Positions 9,874 to 19,942 of a stretch of 64,000 bases of DNA are shown here, piece by piece. The notes under the pieces were generated by a model, which was given only the letters and a program-made list of their open reading frames with translations, did no database searches and was not told the origin of the DNA. The translations under genes and the position numbers were made by a program. The stretch comes from Spirochaetia bacterium (lineage in GTDB: Bacteria > Spirochaetota > Spirochaetia > CAKZLE01): assembly GCA_963677595.1 (NCBI GenBank), contig OY782041.1, positions 2,912,001 through 2,976,000 on the forward strand, read 5' to 3'. Positions within the stretch are counted from its first letter, which is position 1, and each line of letters opens with the position of its first letter.

Positions 9874-10923
9874 ATGAAAAAGACAGCACGAAAACCAGCA
9901 GCAAAACTCCAGGATGTGGCATCGAAAGCCGAGGTATCCCTGACCACCGCGTCGATGGCCCTCTCCGGGAAGGGGAGGATCTCCGACGAGGTGAAGCAGC
10001 GTGTGGCAGAGGTCGCGAGGGAGCTCGGCTACGAGCGGAAGGGTGCCCCGAAGGTGAAGAAGCCGGTCCACCACAAGCGGGTGGGCGTCATCGCCTTCAC
10101 CGACTCCTCCTGGTCCTGGACCTGGCACATGCTCACCCAGGTGATCACCGAGATGGACCATATCCTCCAGGGGCTCGGCTACGTGATCTCGATCATCCCT
10201 GTCACTGCCGGCATCGAGCCTGACGAGGTACTGGGGAAGGTCAGGCAGCTCGACATCGATGCGGTGGTATCGATCTACTTCGGGGACCGGGAGCTCTTCC
10301 GGAGTCTCGAGGAGCAGGGTATCCCTGTGGTGATCGTGCTGAACAACAACTATGAGTATGAGTTCAACTGCATCAGTGTCGATGACTTCCAGGGAGCCTA
10401 CGAAGGCACGAGACACCTCATCGAGCTCGGCCATGAGCAGATCGCCTATATTGATTATGAGATCCCCCTGGTCAACTCGATCGTCACCGACCGGTTCATC
10501 GGGTTCCAGAAAGCCATCGACGAGTTTCACCTGGCCTATCCTGCGGAGCACCGGGTGACCTGCGACTTCAACAACATGCGCGATATTCGCCAGAAGGTGC
10601 TGCAGCTCCTGCGCCAGGAGCCGAAGCCTACGGCCATCTTCGCCATAGACGACTACCTCGGCGCGAAGATCATGACGATCCTCCAGGAGCAGGGGATCAG
10701 GGTGCCTGAGGAGATCTCGCTGCTGACCCCGGGTGACGTGCTCAACTACGATGAGCCCTTCATCCCGGCCATCACGACGATGAGCATAGACTTCACCCTC
10801 ATGGGACGCCTCACCGCGGAGATGATCCATAACAAGGTCTCCAACGGCAGCGATCCTGCCAGTGTCCTGAAGGTTACCCAGAAGCTCATCAGGCGCATGA
10901 GCTGCAGGAGTATCGGAATCTGA
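9874..10923 (+). CDS. LacI-family transcriptional regulator
   Basis: LQDVASKAEVSLTTASMALSG HTH followed by a sugar-binding domain; divergent from the ABC operon. Confidence 0.92.
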   Translation: MKKTARKPAAKLQDVASKAEVSLTTASMALSGKGRISDEVKQRVAEVARELGYERKGAPKVKKPVHHKRVGVIAFTDSSWSWTWHMLTQVITEMDHILQGLGYVISIIPVTAGIEPDEVLGKVRQLDIDAVVSIYFGDRELFRSLEEQGIPVVIVLNNNYEYEFNCISVDDFQGAYEGTRHLIELGHEQIAYIDYEIPLVNSIVTDRFIGFQKAIDEFHLAYPAEHRVTCDFNNMRDIRQKVLQLLRQEPKPTAIFAIDDYLGAKIMTILQEQGIRVPEEISLLTPGDVLNYDEPFIPAITTMSIDFTLMGRLTAEMIHNKVSNGSDPASVLKVTQKLIRRMSCRSIGI

Positions 10924-10928
10924 AACTG

Positions 10929-11066
10929 TCAGTGCATCAGAGGCAGAACAGTCTTCTGACTTGATCCTGTCCCTGGCAGCTCTATCTGGTAGGTTCTTCG
11001 TTCATATGCATTGATGAGGTCGATCAGGAGTTCGGCTTCATTATAGGCTGTTTGGTCATGTATCAT
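10929..11066 (-). pseudogene. Short antitoxin-like (HigA N-terminus) remnant
   Basis: GGAGG RBS, then MIHDQTAYNEAELLIDLINAYERRTYQI, resembling the I..E..Y...L..LI.AYE..Y.I pattern; no HTH. Confidence 0.4.
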
Positions 11067-11067
11067 C

Positions 11068-11784
11068 TTATTCCTCCCGATTGTAGACGACCGGGGTGCA
11101 GTACCTCCACTGCTTCCAGAGCGTGTCATCGAGCAGCAGGGATGCCATGAAATGGGCGACCTAGATCCTGCTGGTCTTTCCCGGGTTCGAGAGCGGGTCC
11201 CGCTGCCTGTGTTCACACACATCATAGGTCTTGACAACGTCCTCATCGATGAGCGTATCAGGCCGTACTGCCGTCCATTCAAGGTATGGGGAAGCCCTAA
11301 GGTCCCGGATGAGGAAGTCAGCGGCGTGCATGTTGTCCCGGTGGGGCGGGAGGAACAGCTTCAGGATGGAGAGGACGATGGAGGTCTTGCGTGCCTGGGT
11401 CTCTTTCTCAGTCTCGGTCGTGTATGCGGTGGTGCTCATGAGGATGAACTTCTTCATACCCCCCGAGCGTTCTGCCGCTTGTGCGACCCTTCGCACCAGG
11501 TGGGTCACCAGGTTGTACGGGGGGCCGAAGATGCCCCTGGGGTCGATGGTATGACCGAGGCAGCAGACGACCGCATCACAGTCAGCGATGAGCTCCCCGA
11601 TCCGTTCGGTCCCATAGGTGTCGATACTTCCCCGCAGGACCTCGATGTTCGGGTTTTCCTCGAAGGGTTCCGGGATGGAACTGCGCTCCCGTATGATGGC
11701 CCGTACCTGTATGCCGTTATCTGCCAGCTGCTAGACGACGAGCCTTCCGGTCGCCCCGCTTGCCCCTGCTACGAATACTCTCAT
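11068..11784 (-). pseudogene. NAD(P)H-binding (atypical SDR) oxidoreductase with two in-frame TAG codons
   Basis: MRVFVAGASGATGRLVV*QLAD...WTAVRPDTL...KTSRI*VAHFMASLL...VVYNREE*; TAG at 11731-11733 and 11161-11163. Confidence 0.85.
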
Positions 11785-11819
11785 AAGTCATTCTATCACA
11801 GTCTCGACATGACTGGTGC

Positions 11820-12034
11820 TCATTTCCTAGAGTTTTGGCTGTTCTCCTGGACCCTGAATGCAACGATCTCCCTGATCAGCCCATAGGGGACTGGCTTGGA
11901 GTAGGGGAACTGCACCGAGCCCTTTCCCTGCTTATAGGCAGACAGCCTCTCAACAAAGGCCTCATGGCCTGTGGGGGTGGCATAGAAGCCGAGGTGCTTC
12001 TTCTGTGCCGCGAAATAGACCAGGGGGCTACCGC
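11820..12034 (-). pseudogene. 3' fragment duplicate of the DUF1801/YdhG gene
   Basis: 11851-12030 matches 14341-14520 with 8 mismatches in 180 bp (hand count); it has its own C-terminus and stop but no 5' half. Confidence 0.85.
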
Positions 12035-12066
12035 AGGGGCTAAAGCCGAGCAGAACTGTGCTCTCG

Positions 12067-14007
12067 TTAATCAACCTCATCAAAAGTGAATATATGGGCA
12101 CTTCCCGAATCCATTCCGTTGTCATCATCAAAAAAGGACCCGCAAAGTACCTGGTTCCCGCTGAGAGAGACTGAAGCCCCAAAATAGTCTTCGGCAGCGC
12201 CGTCTGGAGCCGTGATCTTTGTTCCTGTATCCCAGTTCCCACTATCGTCTTGCTGGAATATATACGCGCTTCCTGAACCTGCCCCATGATCACCATCGTA
12301 CTTTGCTCCCACGACAGCCAGATTCCCGTTGATTGATACTGATTCTCCGAATCTATCATAGTCGACTGCATCATGGGCAGTCAGCTTGATTTCGGAATCC
12401 CAGATACCACCGATTCTCCTGTATATATACGCACTTCCTCTTGAATACCCTCCATCACTGGTGAGAGGGGATCCTGCGATGAGCGTATCTCCTTCTATTG
12501 CGATAGAGGTGCTGAAGTAATCATATCCTTCCCCGTCAGAAGCGCTTATGTTTGAGTTCAGGTTCCAGGTCCCGCTGAGATCCCTGTCATAGATATAGGC
12601 ACTTCCCGAATCCACTCCATTTTCAGTATCATCGCGGACGGCTCCGACTGCCAGACAATCACCGCTTATACTGACCGAATGACCGAATCTGTCCCCTTCA
12701 GCACCATCATCGGGTACCAGCTTCGTCTGTTCTGACCAATTGCCTGCTGTATCCCGATGGAACAGATAGACGCTTCCTGAAGCTGGTGTGAATCCACTGG
12801 GGTAAACGGGCGCTCCGACTACGGCATAATCACCGCTTATCCCGACGGAATAGCCGAACTCGTCACCGGCAGCGATATCACCGGAAATGATGCGTGTTCC
12901 GTCATCCCAGTTCCCGTCTCCATTCCGATGGAAGATATAGGCAGATCCTGCAGTGTCGCCGTTCGCATCATCCCAGGGAGCTCCCACGATGACATCTTCC
13001 TCGCTGATGGCAACTGACAGACCGAAGGCATCATTTTCAGTACCATCAGAAGCTGATATGTTCGTACCGGTATCCCAACTCCCATCCTCTTCCCGATGGA
13101 AGATATAGGCACTGCCCGAACTGTCCCCATGATCATCATCACCCCAGGCACTGATCACCGCATAATCTCCGTTGATTGCAGTATACTGGCCAAAGTAATC
13201 AAGAGAAGCTCCATCAGCAGCCAGGAGCTTCACATAATCCATCCACCTGGCATAGAAGGTCCTGGTGCCTGTTGAGCCCTCAAGTATCGTATCTGACTCT
13301 GTAGTGTATTCAGCATCACTGTACCAGCCGATAAAATAACTCTCGCTCTTTGTCGGTGGATTGAGAGTTATGAGCTCATCGAGGATCGTATATGTTAACG
13401 GATTCACACCATTGGTGCCGCCGGAGAGCATGTAGGTGATCGTATAGGTCTCAATGACCCATTTGGCATAGATGACCTGATCGATGAGGGTCCCTTCCGG
13501 GATCGTCGGGGATGGTACCGTGAATCCCGCATCACTATACCAGCCGGCAAAGTCATAGCCGTCCTTGACAGGATCGATGAATGTGATGGTACCATCCTCG
13601 ATAGTGAAACTGTTGGGGTTGTTTACACTGTTGACCCCTTCATCCATGATGTACGTGATCATGAACGGGGCTACCAGCCATTTCGCATAGAAGACCCTGT
13701 TCCCGGTCGAACCGGAGGGGATCGTTGATGCTTCTGTGGTGAATCCTGCATCGCTGTACCAGCCGATAAAGTCATAGCCTGTCTTGACCGGGTCAGTCAG
13801 GGTGATGAGGTCGTCCTCGGATGTATAGGTTGCAGGGTTTGTACCGTTGGTCCCGCCATCCAGTTCATAGTGTATGGTAAATGACTCCACAGGAGGATCC
13901 AAGGTGCAGACTAAGAGGCTGGTACTTACTAGCAGGAATATGGTGATCAGCAGGACATGCTGTATTGCATTTTTTTTAGATGTCGATCGAACCGAGTGTT
14001 CCTGCAC
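12067..14007 (-). CDS. Surface (lipo)protein with 3 InlB B-repeat/Flg_new domains and an FG-GAP repeat beta-propeller
   Basis: Three ITY.L.GG.N...P.K.GY.F.GWYSDA...YAKW repeats; about seven FG.SVAISGD...VGAP.DD..G..SGSAYIF repeats; hydrophobic leader ending LLVC. Confidence 0.85.
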   Translation of the reverse strand: MQEHSVRSTSKKNAIQHVLLITIFLLVSTSLLVCTLDPPVESFTIHYELDGGTNGTNPATYTSEDDLITLTDPVKTGYDFIGWYSDAGFTTEASTIPSGSTGNRVFYAKWLVAPFMITYIMDEGVNSVNNPNSFTIEDGTITFIDPVKDGYDFAGWYSDAGFTVPSPTIPEGTLIDQVIYAKWVIETYTITYMLSGGTNGVNPLTYTILDELITLNPPTKSESYFIGWYSDAEYTTESDTILEGSTGTRTFYARWMDYVKLLAADGASLDYFGQYTAINGDYAVISAWGDDDHGDSSGSAYIFHREEDGSWDTGTNISASDGTENDAFGLSVAISEEDVIVGAPWDDANGDTAGSAYIFHRNGDGNWDDGTRIISGDIAAGDEFGYSVGISGDYAVVGAPVYPSGFTPASGSVYLFHRDTAGNWSEQTKLVPDDGAEGDRFGHSVSISGDCLAVGAVRDDTENGVDSGSAYIYDRDLSGTWNLNSNISASDGEGYDYFSTSIAIEGDTLIAGSPLTSDGGYSRGSAYIYRRIGGIWDSEIKLTAHDAVDYDRFGESVSINGNLAVVGAKYDGDHGAGSGSAYIFQQDDSGNWDTGTKITAPDGAAEDYFGASVSLSGNQVLCGSFFDDDNGMDSGSAHIFTFDEVD

Positions 14008-14309
14008 TGTTCCTCCTCAGGTTCTAAGACAGGATACCCGGTTGGACTAGGCATTTGACTGAACGTGCGGGATAGGCTGTCTGATCCCTAGTAACAGTCT
14101 ACTACTGCTCATCATGAACTACAATGGTTGGCATGGATATATATTTCGGCGATTAGTAATGTATTGGACATGATCTCCCAGATCCTGACATGGTCTTGTG
14201 AAGGAAAGACCTGATGTCTTGATACCGGGATCGTATGACGTGAAGGGTATAGATGGGATAGGAGCTTATGAGGCTGCAGAACTGCGGAACTATCGGGAAG
14301 GACCAGGAC

Positions 14310-14663
14310 TCACTTCACGTCATCATCGGTATTCTCGGAGACCCGGAATGCAACGATCTCCCTGATCAGCCCATAGGGGACCGGCTGGGAGTAGGGGAAC
14401 TGCACCGAGCCCTTTCCCTGCTTATAGGCAGACAGCTTCTCAACAAAGGCCTCATGGCCTGTGGGGGTGGCATAGAAGCCAAGGTGCTTCTTCTGAGCCG
14501 CGAAATAGACCAGGGGCCTGCCGCGGAGCTTGTAGGCGGGCATGCCGTAGGAGATGTTCTCTTCTGCCTCAGGTGCGCACTCCCTGATGATCTCCCGAAC
14601 CTTCTTGAGGATGGGCTGGACAGCTTCCGGCTGGGCCTGTATGTAGGTATCGACTGGGTTCAT
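14310..14663 (-). CDS. DUF1801/YdhG-family protein
   Basis: VDTYI...[15 protein letters not shown]...[14 protein letters not shown]...KGSVQFP. Confidence 0.88.
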   Translation of the reverse strand: MNPVDTYIQAQPEAVQPILKKVREIIRECAPEAEENISYGMPAYKLRGRPLVYFAAQKKHLGFYATPTGHEAFVEKLSAYKQGKGSVQFPYSQPVPYGLIREIVAFRVSENTDDDVK

Positions 14664-15019
14664 ACCGTTCCCTTCCTCAGGATCTTCTCCAGCTTCTTCC
14701 CCCGTGCCAGCTCGTCGATGAGCTTGTCGAGGTACCGGATCTCCCGCATCACGGGGTCCTCGATCTCCTCGACCCTGATGCCGCAGACCACCCCGGTGAT
14801 CAGGGACCTCGCAGGGTTGGGTGCAGGACTTTGGGAGATGAAGGTCTCGAAGTCCGTCCCGAGTGAGAGCTGCTTCTCCAACCCTTCGGGGGTGTAGCCG
14901 AAGAGCCAGCAGATGATCTCATCGACCTCCTCCTTCGTCCGACCCTTCCGCTCCGCCTTGGCGATGTAGAGGGGGTAGATAGCAGAGAACTTCGTGGTGA
15001 ATATACGGTGTTTTGCCAT
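14660..15019 (-). CDS. DUF2200-family protein
   Basis: [29 protein letters not shown]...[34 protein letters not shown]; start MAKHRIF after GGAGG. Confidence 0.88.
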   Translation of the reverse strand: MAKHRIFTTKFSAIYPLYIAKAERKGRTKEEVDEIICWLFGYTPEGLEKQLSLGTDFETFISQSPAPNPARSLITGVVCGIRVEEIEDPVMREIRYLDKLIDELARGKKLEKILRKGTV

Positions 15020-15038
15020 GGGACCTCCTGTATGTGAC

Positions 15039-16139
15039 CTAGGCCTTGGCGGGGGTCGATCCCCGGTAGGCGATCTTCCCGTTGATATAGGTCCGCTGGA
15101 AGATATCATCCCTGGCCTGGAGGCGTTCACTCAGCCGTTTCAGGGCGAGTCCGACGAGTTTCGCATAGTGGTAGTCGATGCTGGAGAGGGTCGGGAAGGT
15201 CAGGTCGCAAACGGAGGTGTTCCTGCTGCCGAGGACCATGACCTCTTCAGGGCACCGGATACCTGCACGCTGCAGTTCGTTGAGTGCCGCGACTGCCATG
15301 TTGTCGTTTGCGCAGATGATGATGTCCGTGGTATTCCCGGCTGCGAGCCAGGAAGCCACAGCTTCCTGGTAGCACTCCATCGTCCACGCCGTCGCCTCGA
15401 TCCTGTCCAGCGCGATCTCATTCCCGGCCTGCTGGACTGCCAGTTCCACTCCCTGCCAGCGCTTGCTGGCAGCATCGAAGGGCTTCGGGTTGTCCATATA
15501 GGTCAGGCGGCGGCAGCCCCTCTCGATCAGGCTGTTCGTCTCGAGGAAGTAGGTCCTCAGATAATCGATCCCAACGACATCGACTGCATCATCGAGGGCT
15601 GCAGGCAGCAGTGCCACGACCGGTATATGGTGGTCCTGTGCCATGCGGATCAGTTCGGGGTCGATGAGGTTGACGATGATGAGCCCGTCGATCTTCCCGA
15701 GCATCTCCTCATACTGGGTCCTGCTCTGGGGATCGTGGTAGCTCACATACCGTGAGACGGGATGCCAGCCGTAATCATCGGCCTGGTCATGGACGGAGGT
15801 GAGGATGTTCCCGAACAGCGTATGCAGCTGTTCCTTCGGTGTCGTCCCCTCACCGTTGTCGATCACGACGCCGATCAGGCCGTACGACGGGGTCTTCACC
15901 TCCTGGTTCTCGATGACGAAGGCTCCCTTGCTCGGCAGGATCTCTACGAGTCCCTTCCCCTGGAGGATCAGGATCGCCCCCTTGCCGGTCTCGTGGCTCA
16001 CCTCGTACATTCTGCCGAGATCCCGCATCGAGGGGAGGCGGTCCCCGACCTTCAGTTCCCCTGACAGGATCTGGTTCTCGAGATCCTCCGCGATCTGTTC
16101 CTGGAGCGTCATTCTGGGTTTCTTCTCAAGATCGTTCAT
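15039..16139 (-). CDS. GntR-HTH/LacI sugar-binding hybrid regulator (AraR-type architecture)
   Basis: [10 protein letters not shown]...KGAFV winged HTH plus IICANDNMA and PTLSSID periplasmic-binding-like domain. Confidence 0.88.
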   Translation of the reverse strand: MNDLEKKPRMTLQEQIAEDLENQILSGELKVGDRLPSMRDLGRMYEVSHETGKGAILILQGKGLVEILPSKGAFVIENQEVKTPSYGLIGVVIDNGEGTTPKEQLHTLFGNILTSVHDQADDYGWHPVSRYVSYHDPQSRTQYEEMLGKIDGLIIVNLIDPELIRMAQDHHIPVVALLPAALDDAVDVVGIDYLRTYFLETNSLIERGCRRLTYMDNPKPFDAASKRWQGVELAVQQAGNEIALDRIEATAWTMECYQEAVASWLAAGNTTDIIICANDNMAVAALNELQRAGIRCPEEVMVLGSRNTSVCDLTFPTLSSIDYHYAKLVGLALKRLSERLQARDDIFQRTYINGKIAYRGSTPAKA

Positions 16140-16150
16140 ATGGTTTCCTT

Positions 16151-16164
16151 ACGTAAGCTTACAA
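16151..16164. promoter_or_regulatory. Probable operator of the GntR-type regulator (autoregulatory copy)
   Basis: ACGTAAGCTTACAA (palindromic core GTAAGCTTAC); exact reverse complement of 19567-19580. Confidence 0.65.
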
Positions 16165-16227
16165 TCATTCTACCGTAATCGAGCCATTAGTCAATCAGGA
16201 ATCGACAGAAGTGACGGGAGTTACACA

Positions 16228-17238
16228 TCAGCCCTTGACCGCCCCGAAGGCAAGGCCCTTCACCAGGTACTTCTGGAAGAAGATGATGACGATGATGATC
16301 GGGATCGTGATCGATACCGAGGCCGCTGCGGCGATCGCCCGGTACGCCGCATCCTCACCGCTGGTATACGAAGCGATGGCAACCGGCAGTGTCCAGTTGG
16401 CCTGGGTCAGGAGCTTCGGCATGAGGAACTCGTTGTAGGCAAGCAGCAGGGTGAATAGGCTGGTAGTGATGATCCCCGGCCAGGCGATGGGGATGATGAC
16501 CCGGAAGAAGGATTCGAGCCGTCCCGCCCCGTCGATCATGGCTGCCTCCTCGATCTCCTTCGGTATATCCATGAAGAAGGATCTCAGCATCCAGATGGTG
16601 AACGGCTGGTTGATCGCGACCATGACGATGATCAGGAGGAATCGGGTGTCATAGAGGTGGGTCATCTGCCCGAGGTAGTAGTAGGGAAGGCTGAAAGCCA
16701 TCCTCGGCAGTGCGCGGAACCCGAGGGCGGCGATCAGGATGACAACGCCCCAGATCTTGCTGTAGCGCGCCAGTGCGTAGCCGCCGATACAGCCGATGGT
16801 GATCGATACGACCAGGGTTCCTACCGTGACGATGAGCGAGTTGAGGAAGTAGTTGTAGAATTTCGACATGCTTGCGAACCGGGGCAGGAGCAGCAGGACC
16901 AGGAGGATGGCAGCTGCTGCGATCATATTGGTCTTCGGCTTTGAGAGCCACTCATATTTCACGGAGAGGACGGCGAAGATGACGATGAGTGCCATGATCA
17001 CCAGGATCGCTATGGCATAGGGGAGGAACTCGGACCCTTCCATATAGAGCCAGAGTTTCGAGTAGTTGCCCATGGTGGGCTTGAAGCCCCACAGCTTCGG
17101 TCTCGGGTTGTTAGCCTCCACAGGGAACTTGATCGAGGTGAGCAGGCTCCAGACGAAGGGCATCACGCTGTAGACGACCAGCAGCATCAGGGCCAGGTAT
17201 ATCAGGATCCTTCCGATAGGGTTCTTCACTTTTTCCAT
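16228..17238 (-). CDS. Carbohydrate ABC transporter permease (CUT1, MalG-like)
   Basis: FMDIPKEIEEAAMIDGAG EAA loop; C-terminal FFQKYLVKGLAFGAVKG. Confidence 0.92.
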   Translation of the reverse strand: MEKVKNPIGRILIYLALMLLVVYSVMPFVWSLLTSIKFPVEANNPRPKLWGFKPTMGNYSKLWLYMEGSEFLPYAIAILVIMALIVIFAVLSVKYEWLSKPKTNMIAAAAILLVLLLLPRFASMSKFYNYFLNSLIVTVGTLVVSITIGCIGGYALARYSKIWGVVILIAALGFRALPRMAFSLPYYYLGQMTHLYDTRFLLIIVMVAINQPFTIWMLRSFFMDIPKEIEEAAMIDGAGRLESFFRVIIPIAWPGIITTSLFTLLLAYNEFLMPKLLTQANWTLPVAIASYTSGEDAAYRAIAAAASVSITIPIIIVIIFFQKYLVKGLAFGAVKG

Positions 17239-18098
17239 TATCTGCTCTCCATCTGCTGTTTGTAGGTGATCCTCAGGAAGGGGATGAGTACCACGAAGAT
17301 CCCGATGACGGTGAGGATCGACATGGCATTGGCCTTCCCGAGCCGGCCGAACATGACGGCTACCTTGTAGTTATAGTACATGACCGTATCTGCGCGGAAC
17401 AGCGGGTTCTGCTTGGTGATGACCAGCACCTGGTCCAATACCCGGTAGGCATCCATCACGCCCATCAGGCTGATGAAGAGGAACAGGCTCCGCAGGTGGG
17501 GCAGGATGATATGCCAGAGCTTGCCGATCCGGCCGGCGCCGTCCACTGTCGCAGCCTCCATGAGCTGTTTCGGCAGGGTCTGCAGTCCGGCGAAGAGGGT
17601 GATCATGGCGAACGGCGTCACCTGCCAGATCCCCTGGCCGATGATCAGCAGCCGCACGGTGGTCGTGGTCATGGTGAAGTCGTAGTCGAAGAGGACCCTC
17701 AACAGGTACCAGTAGAGCCCTGATCGGTCGAACATCGTCCGGAACATCAGGGAGCCGACTACCGGCGTGATGATGTGCGGGATCAGCGCAGCCGCTATGA
17801 AGACGCCCCTGAAGGCCGTCACCTGGTCAAGGAGCAGGGCGATCGCGAACCCCAGGAGCATCGAGATCGGGACGACGGTCACGATGTAGATGAACGTGAA
17901 CTTGAAGGATGCCCAGAAGTCAGGGTCGCTCAGCATCTCGGTATAGTTCTGGAGTCCCACGAACTGCGGGTCCTCAAGGTTCGAATAGGTCACGAAGTTG
18001 AAACCAAGGACCACCGCCGTGATCAGCGGCAGGACCATGAGCAGGATCATGATGGTCACCGAGGGACTCACGAATCCGAAAAACGTCTTATCATTCAT
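17238..18098 (-). CDS. Carbohydrate ABC transporter permease (CUT1, MalF-like)
   Basis: FVGLQNY motif and AGLQTLPKQLMEAATVDGAG EAA loop. Confidence 0.92.
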   Translation of the reverse strand: MNDKTFFGFVSPSVTIMILLMVLPLITAVVLGFNFVTYSNLEDPQFVGLQNYTEMLSDPDFWASFKFTFIYIVTVVPISMLLGFAIALLLDQVTAFRGVFIAAALIPHIITPVVGSLMFRTMFDRSGLYWYLLRVLFDYDFTMTTTTVRLLIIGQGIWQVTPFAMITLFAGLQTLPKQLMEAATVDGAGRIGKLWHIILPHLRSLFLFISLMGVMDAYRVLDQVLVITKQNPLFRADTVMYYNYKVAVMFGRLGKANAMSILTVIGIFVVLIPFLRITYKQQMESR

Positions 18099-18125
18099 AG
18101 CAAACTACCTTACTTGTCTTGAAAA

Positions 18126-18163
18126 ATGAGCCTGATCCTTCATGGTACCAGGAATCAGGCTCA
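18126..18163 (-). terminator. Stem-loop after the binding-protein gene
   Basis: ATGAGCCTGAT...ATCAGGCTCAT inverted repeat followed by a T-run on the minus strand. Confidence 0.55.
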
Positions 18164-18198
18164 TCTCATAATCTTTTTATCTTGGAGTACTGGGATCC

Positions 18199-19509
18199 CT
18201 AGAGGTAGCCCTGCTTGGTCGCTTCCTCGACATAGAGGGCTGCGGCCTCGTCAAGGACCTCCTGCACGCTCTTATCGCCGTTCACTACGGTCGGAAGCAC
18301 GTTCTCTATGGCCGTCCGTGCAAGCTTGCCTGCCGGGTTGGTCCCGTAGTTGGATGCACCGTTGGCGATAGTCTCCTGGGCTGCGGCAAGATACCTTCCG
18401 CCTGCACCGGCTTCTGCCACGGCACTCCTGGTGACCATGCCGTAGTCGGCAGCGGCCATCTGGCTCTCGAGGTCAGCAGCTTCCATGATGACCTGGAAGA
18501 TCAGCTCTTCGTCCACGTCGACGTTCGCCGGGATGCAGTAGAAGTCAGCAGCAGCAGGTCCTGCATGGGGCCCTCCCTCCACGACTCTCGGTGCCGGGGC
18601 GAACCCGATCTTCCCTACATAGAGGGACTTCTCCGGGTCGTCCATGTTCGCAGCCCTGGAGGTCCAGGTCATGCAGGAGGCCAGGGTCCCGGTCTCCATG
18701 CCGATCTCCGAGTCATCGATACTCCAGGTCAGGCCGACATCGCCCATGCATGCCTCATAGACTTCCAGCATCTTCTCGACTGCCAGGACGCCTGCAGGGC
18801 TGTTGAAGGCAGGGGTGTTGTCCGCATTGAGCCAATCCCCGCCTGCAGCCTTCAGGAAGTTGTGGAACTCGACCCTCCAGGCCCAGCCTGCATGCAGGTT
18901 GATGGTGAAGGGGAGGTCTATGCTCCCCTCAGCCTTCAGGACCTTGGCCGTGGCGATGACGTCATCGTAGGTGTCAGGCACTTCCAGACCGTATTTGTCA
19001 AAGAGCTCCATATTGTAGAAGTAGTTCATCGAGTTTGCGATGATGGGGATCCCATAGATATTGCCTTCATAGGAGCCGAGCTCATACATGGCATCCGAGA
19101 TATCGCCGAGGTCGTACTTGGTGGAATAGGTATCGATCAGGTCGTTCAGCGGCATGAGCCAGCCTTCTGAAGCGAGTTCGATCACCAGTGCGTCGTCCGC
19201 ATGGACGATCTCGTACGGGGAGGTACCCCCGCCCGAGAGGGCGAGCCTCATCTGCTCCTTGGCAGAGCCGGAGTCCAGCAGCTGGACATTGACCTGGAGA
19301 TTCTTCACCGAGTTGCTCTTCTCGAGTTCCCCAGCATAGAACTCAGTGATCGGGTATCTCCAGCCGATCATGTCTACCGTCGTGGCCTTCGCAGGTACCG
19401 TGATGGCACTCTCCTCTACAGCAGCCGGTTCCTGTGCCCCGCCGGCGAAGAGCGCCATGGACGGTATCAGACATACCATGATCATCAATACAACGATTCT
19501 TCTGTTCAT
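18199..19509 (-). CDS. Extracellular solute-binding protein family 1
   Basis: Signal peptide plus AGGAQE; LMPLNDLI, IYGIP, YN.ELFDKYGLEVPDTYDD motifs. Confidence 0.9.
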   Translation of the reverse strand: MNRRIVVLMIMVCLIPSMALFAGGAQEPAAVEESAITVPAKATTVDMIGWRYPITEFYAGELEKSNSVKNLQVNVQLLDSGSAKEQMRLALSGGGTSPYEIVHADDALVIELASEGWLMPLNDLIDTYSTKYDLGDISDAMYELGSYEGNIYGIPIIANSMNYFYNMELFDKYGLEVPDTYDDVIATAKVLKAEGSIDLPFTINLHAGWAWRVEFHNFLKAAGGDWLNADNTPAFNSPAGVLAVEKMLEVYEACMGDVGLTWSIDDSEIGMETGTLASCMTWTSRAANMDDPEKSLYVGKIGFAPAPRVVEGGPHAGPAAADFYCIPANVDVDEELIFQVIMEAADLESQMAAADYGMVTRSAVAEAGAGGRYLAAAQETIANGASNYGTNPAGKLARTAIENVLPTVVNGDKSVQEVLDEAAALYVEEATKQGYL

Positions 19510-19566
19510 AATTCCCCCTTTGCGTGACTGACAACGTGGTCAGTTCATGTATCCATGCTACCACTG

Positions 19567-19580
19567 TTGTAAGCTTACGT
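19567..19580. promoter_or_regulatory. Probable operator upstream of the ABC operon
   Basis: TTGTAAGCTTACGT, the same 14-mer as at 16151-16164 in opposite orientation. Confidence 0.65.
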
Positions 19581-19942
19581 CAAATAAAAAATACATAAAT
19601 TCATAAAATTGTACTACACATCGTATATTACAAGGTTTACACATCTGACAGATAGTATAAACCGTAAACTTGATAGCAAGCAGTGTGCAAACATATATAA
19701 CTTTCGAAATATAAACAAATTACTAATATAAAATCGGTAGCAGTACGTGCAGGATCATTACCGGTATGTAGGAATTAACTGAAATTATCTTCATGAATGT
19801 GGGTTTTATTGTATCTTTACTGTAATAAACTGTAATATAATCTGTACGCTAAAAATTGAATTTTATTATTGAGTTTTCCCTGAACCTGTCGTATAGTGAT
19901 ACTAGGACAGACGTGAGGAAGAGATATAAAGGAGATTGTCCT

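Noticed and set aside
11068-11784. Genome-wide TAG recoding
   Set aside because: TAG ends several full-length genes here (aldo/keto reductase, SBP 18199, SnoaL 20962, TetR), so it functions as a normal stop.
11820-12374. 184-aa ORF ending in a DUF1801-like C-terminus
   Set aside because: Chimera of an alternative frame of the FG-GAP gene running into the duplicated 3' fragment.
12067-14007. Periodic DNA similarity that might be a CRISPR array or DGR-type repeat
   Set aside because: Degenerate in-frame protein repeats (InlB-B, FG-GAP); no identical spacer-separated repeats, cas gene or reverse transcriptase.
16228-19509. ABC transporter lacking an ATPase gene
   Set aside because: Ordinary for CUT1 systems, which often share an MsmK/MalK-type ATPase encoded elsewhere.
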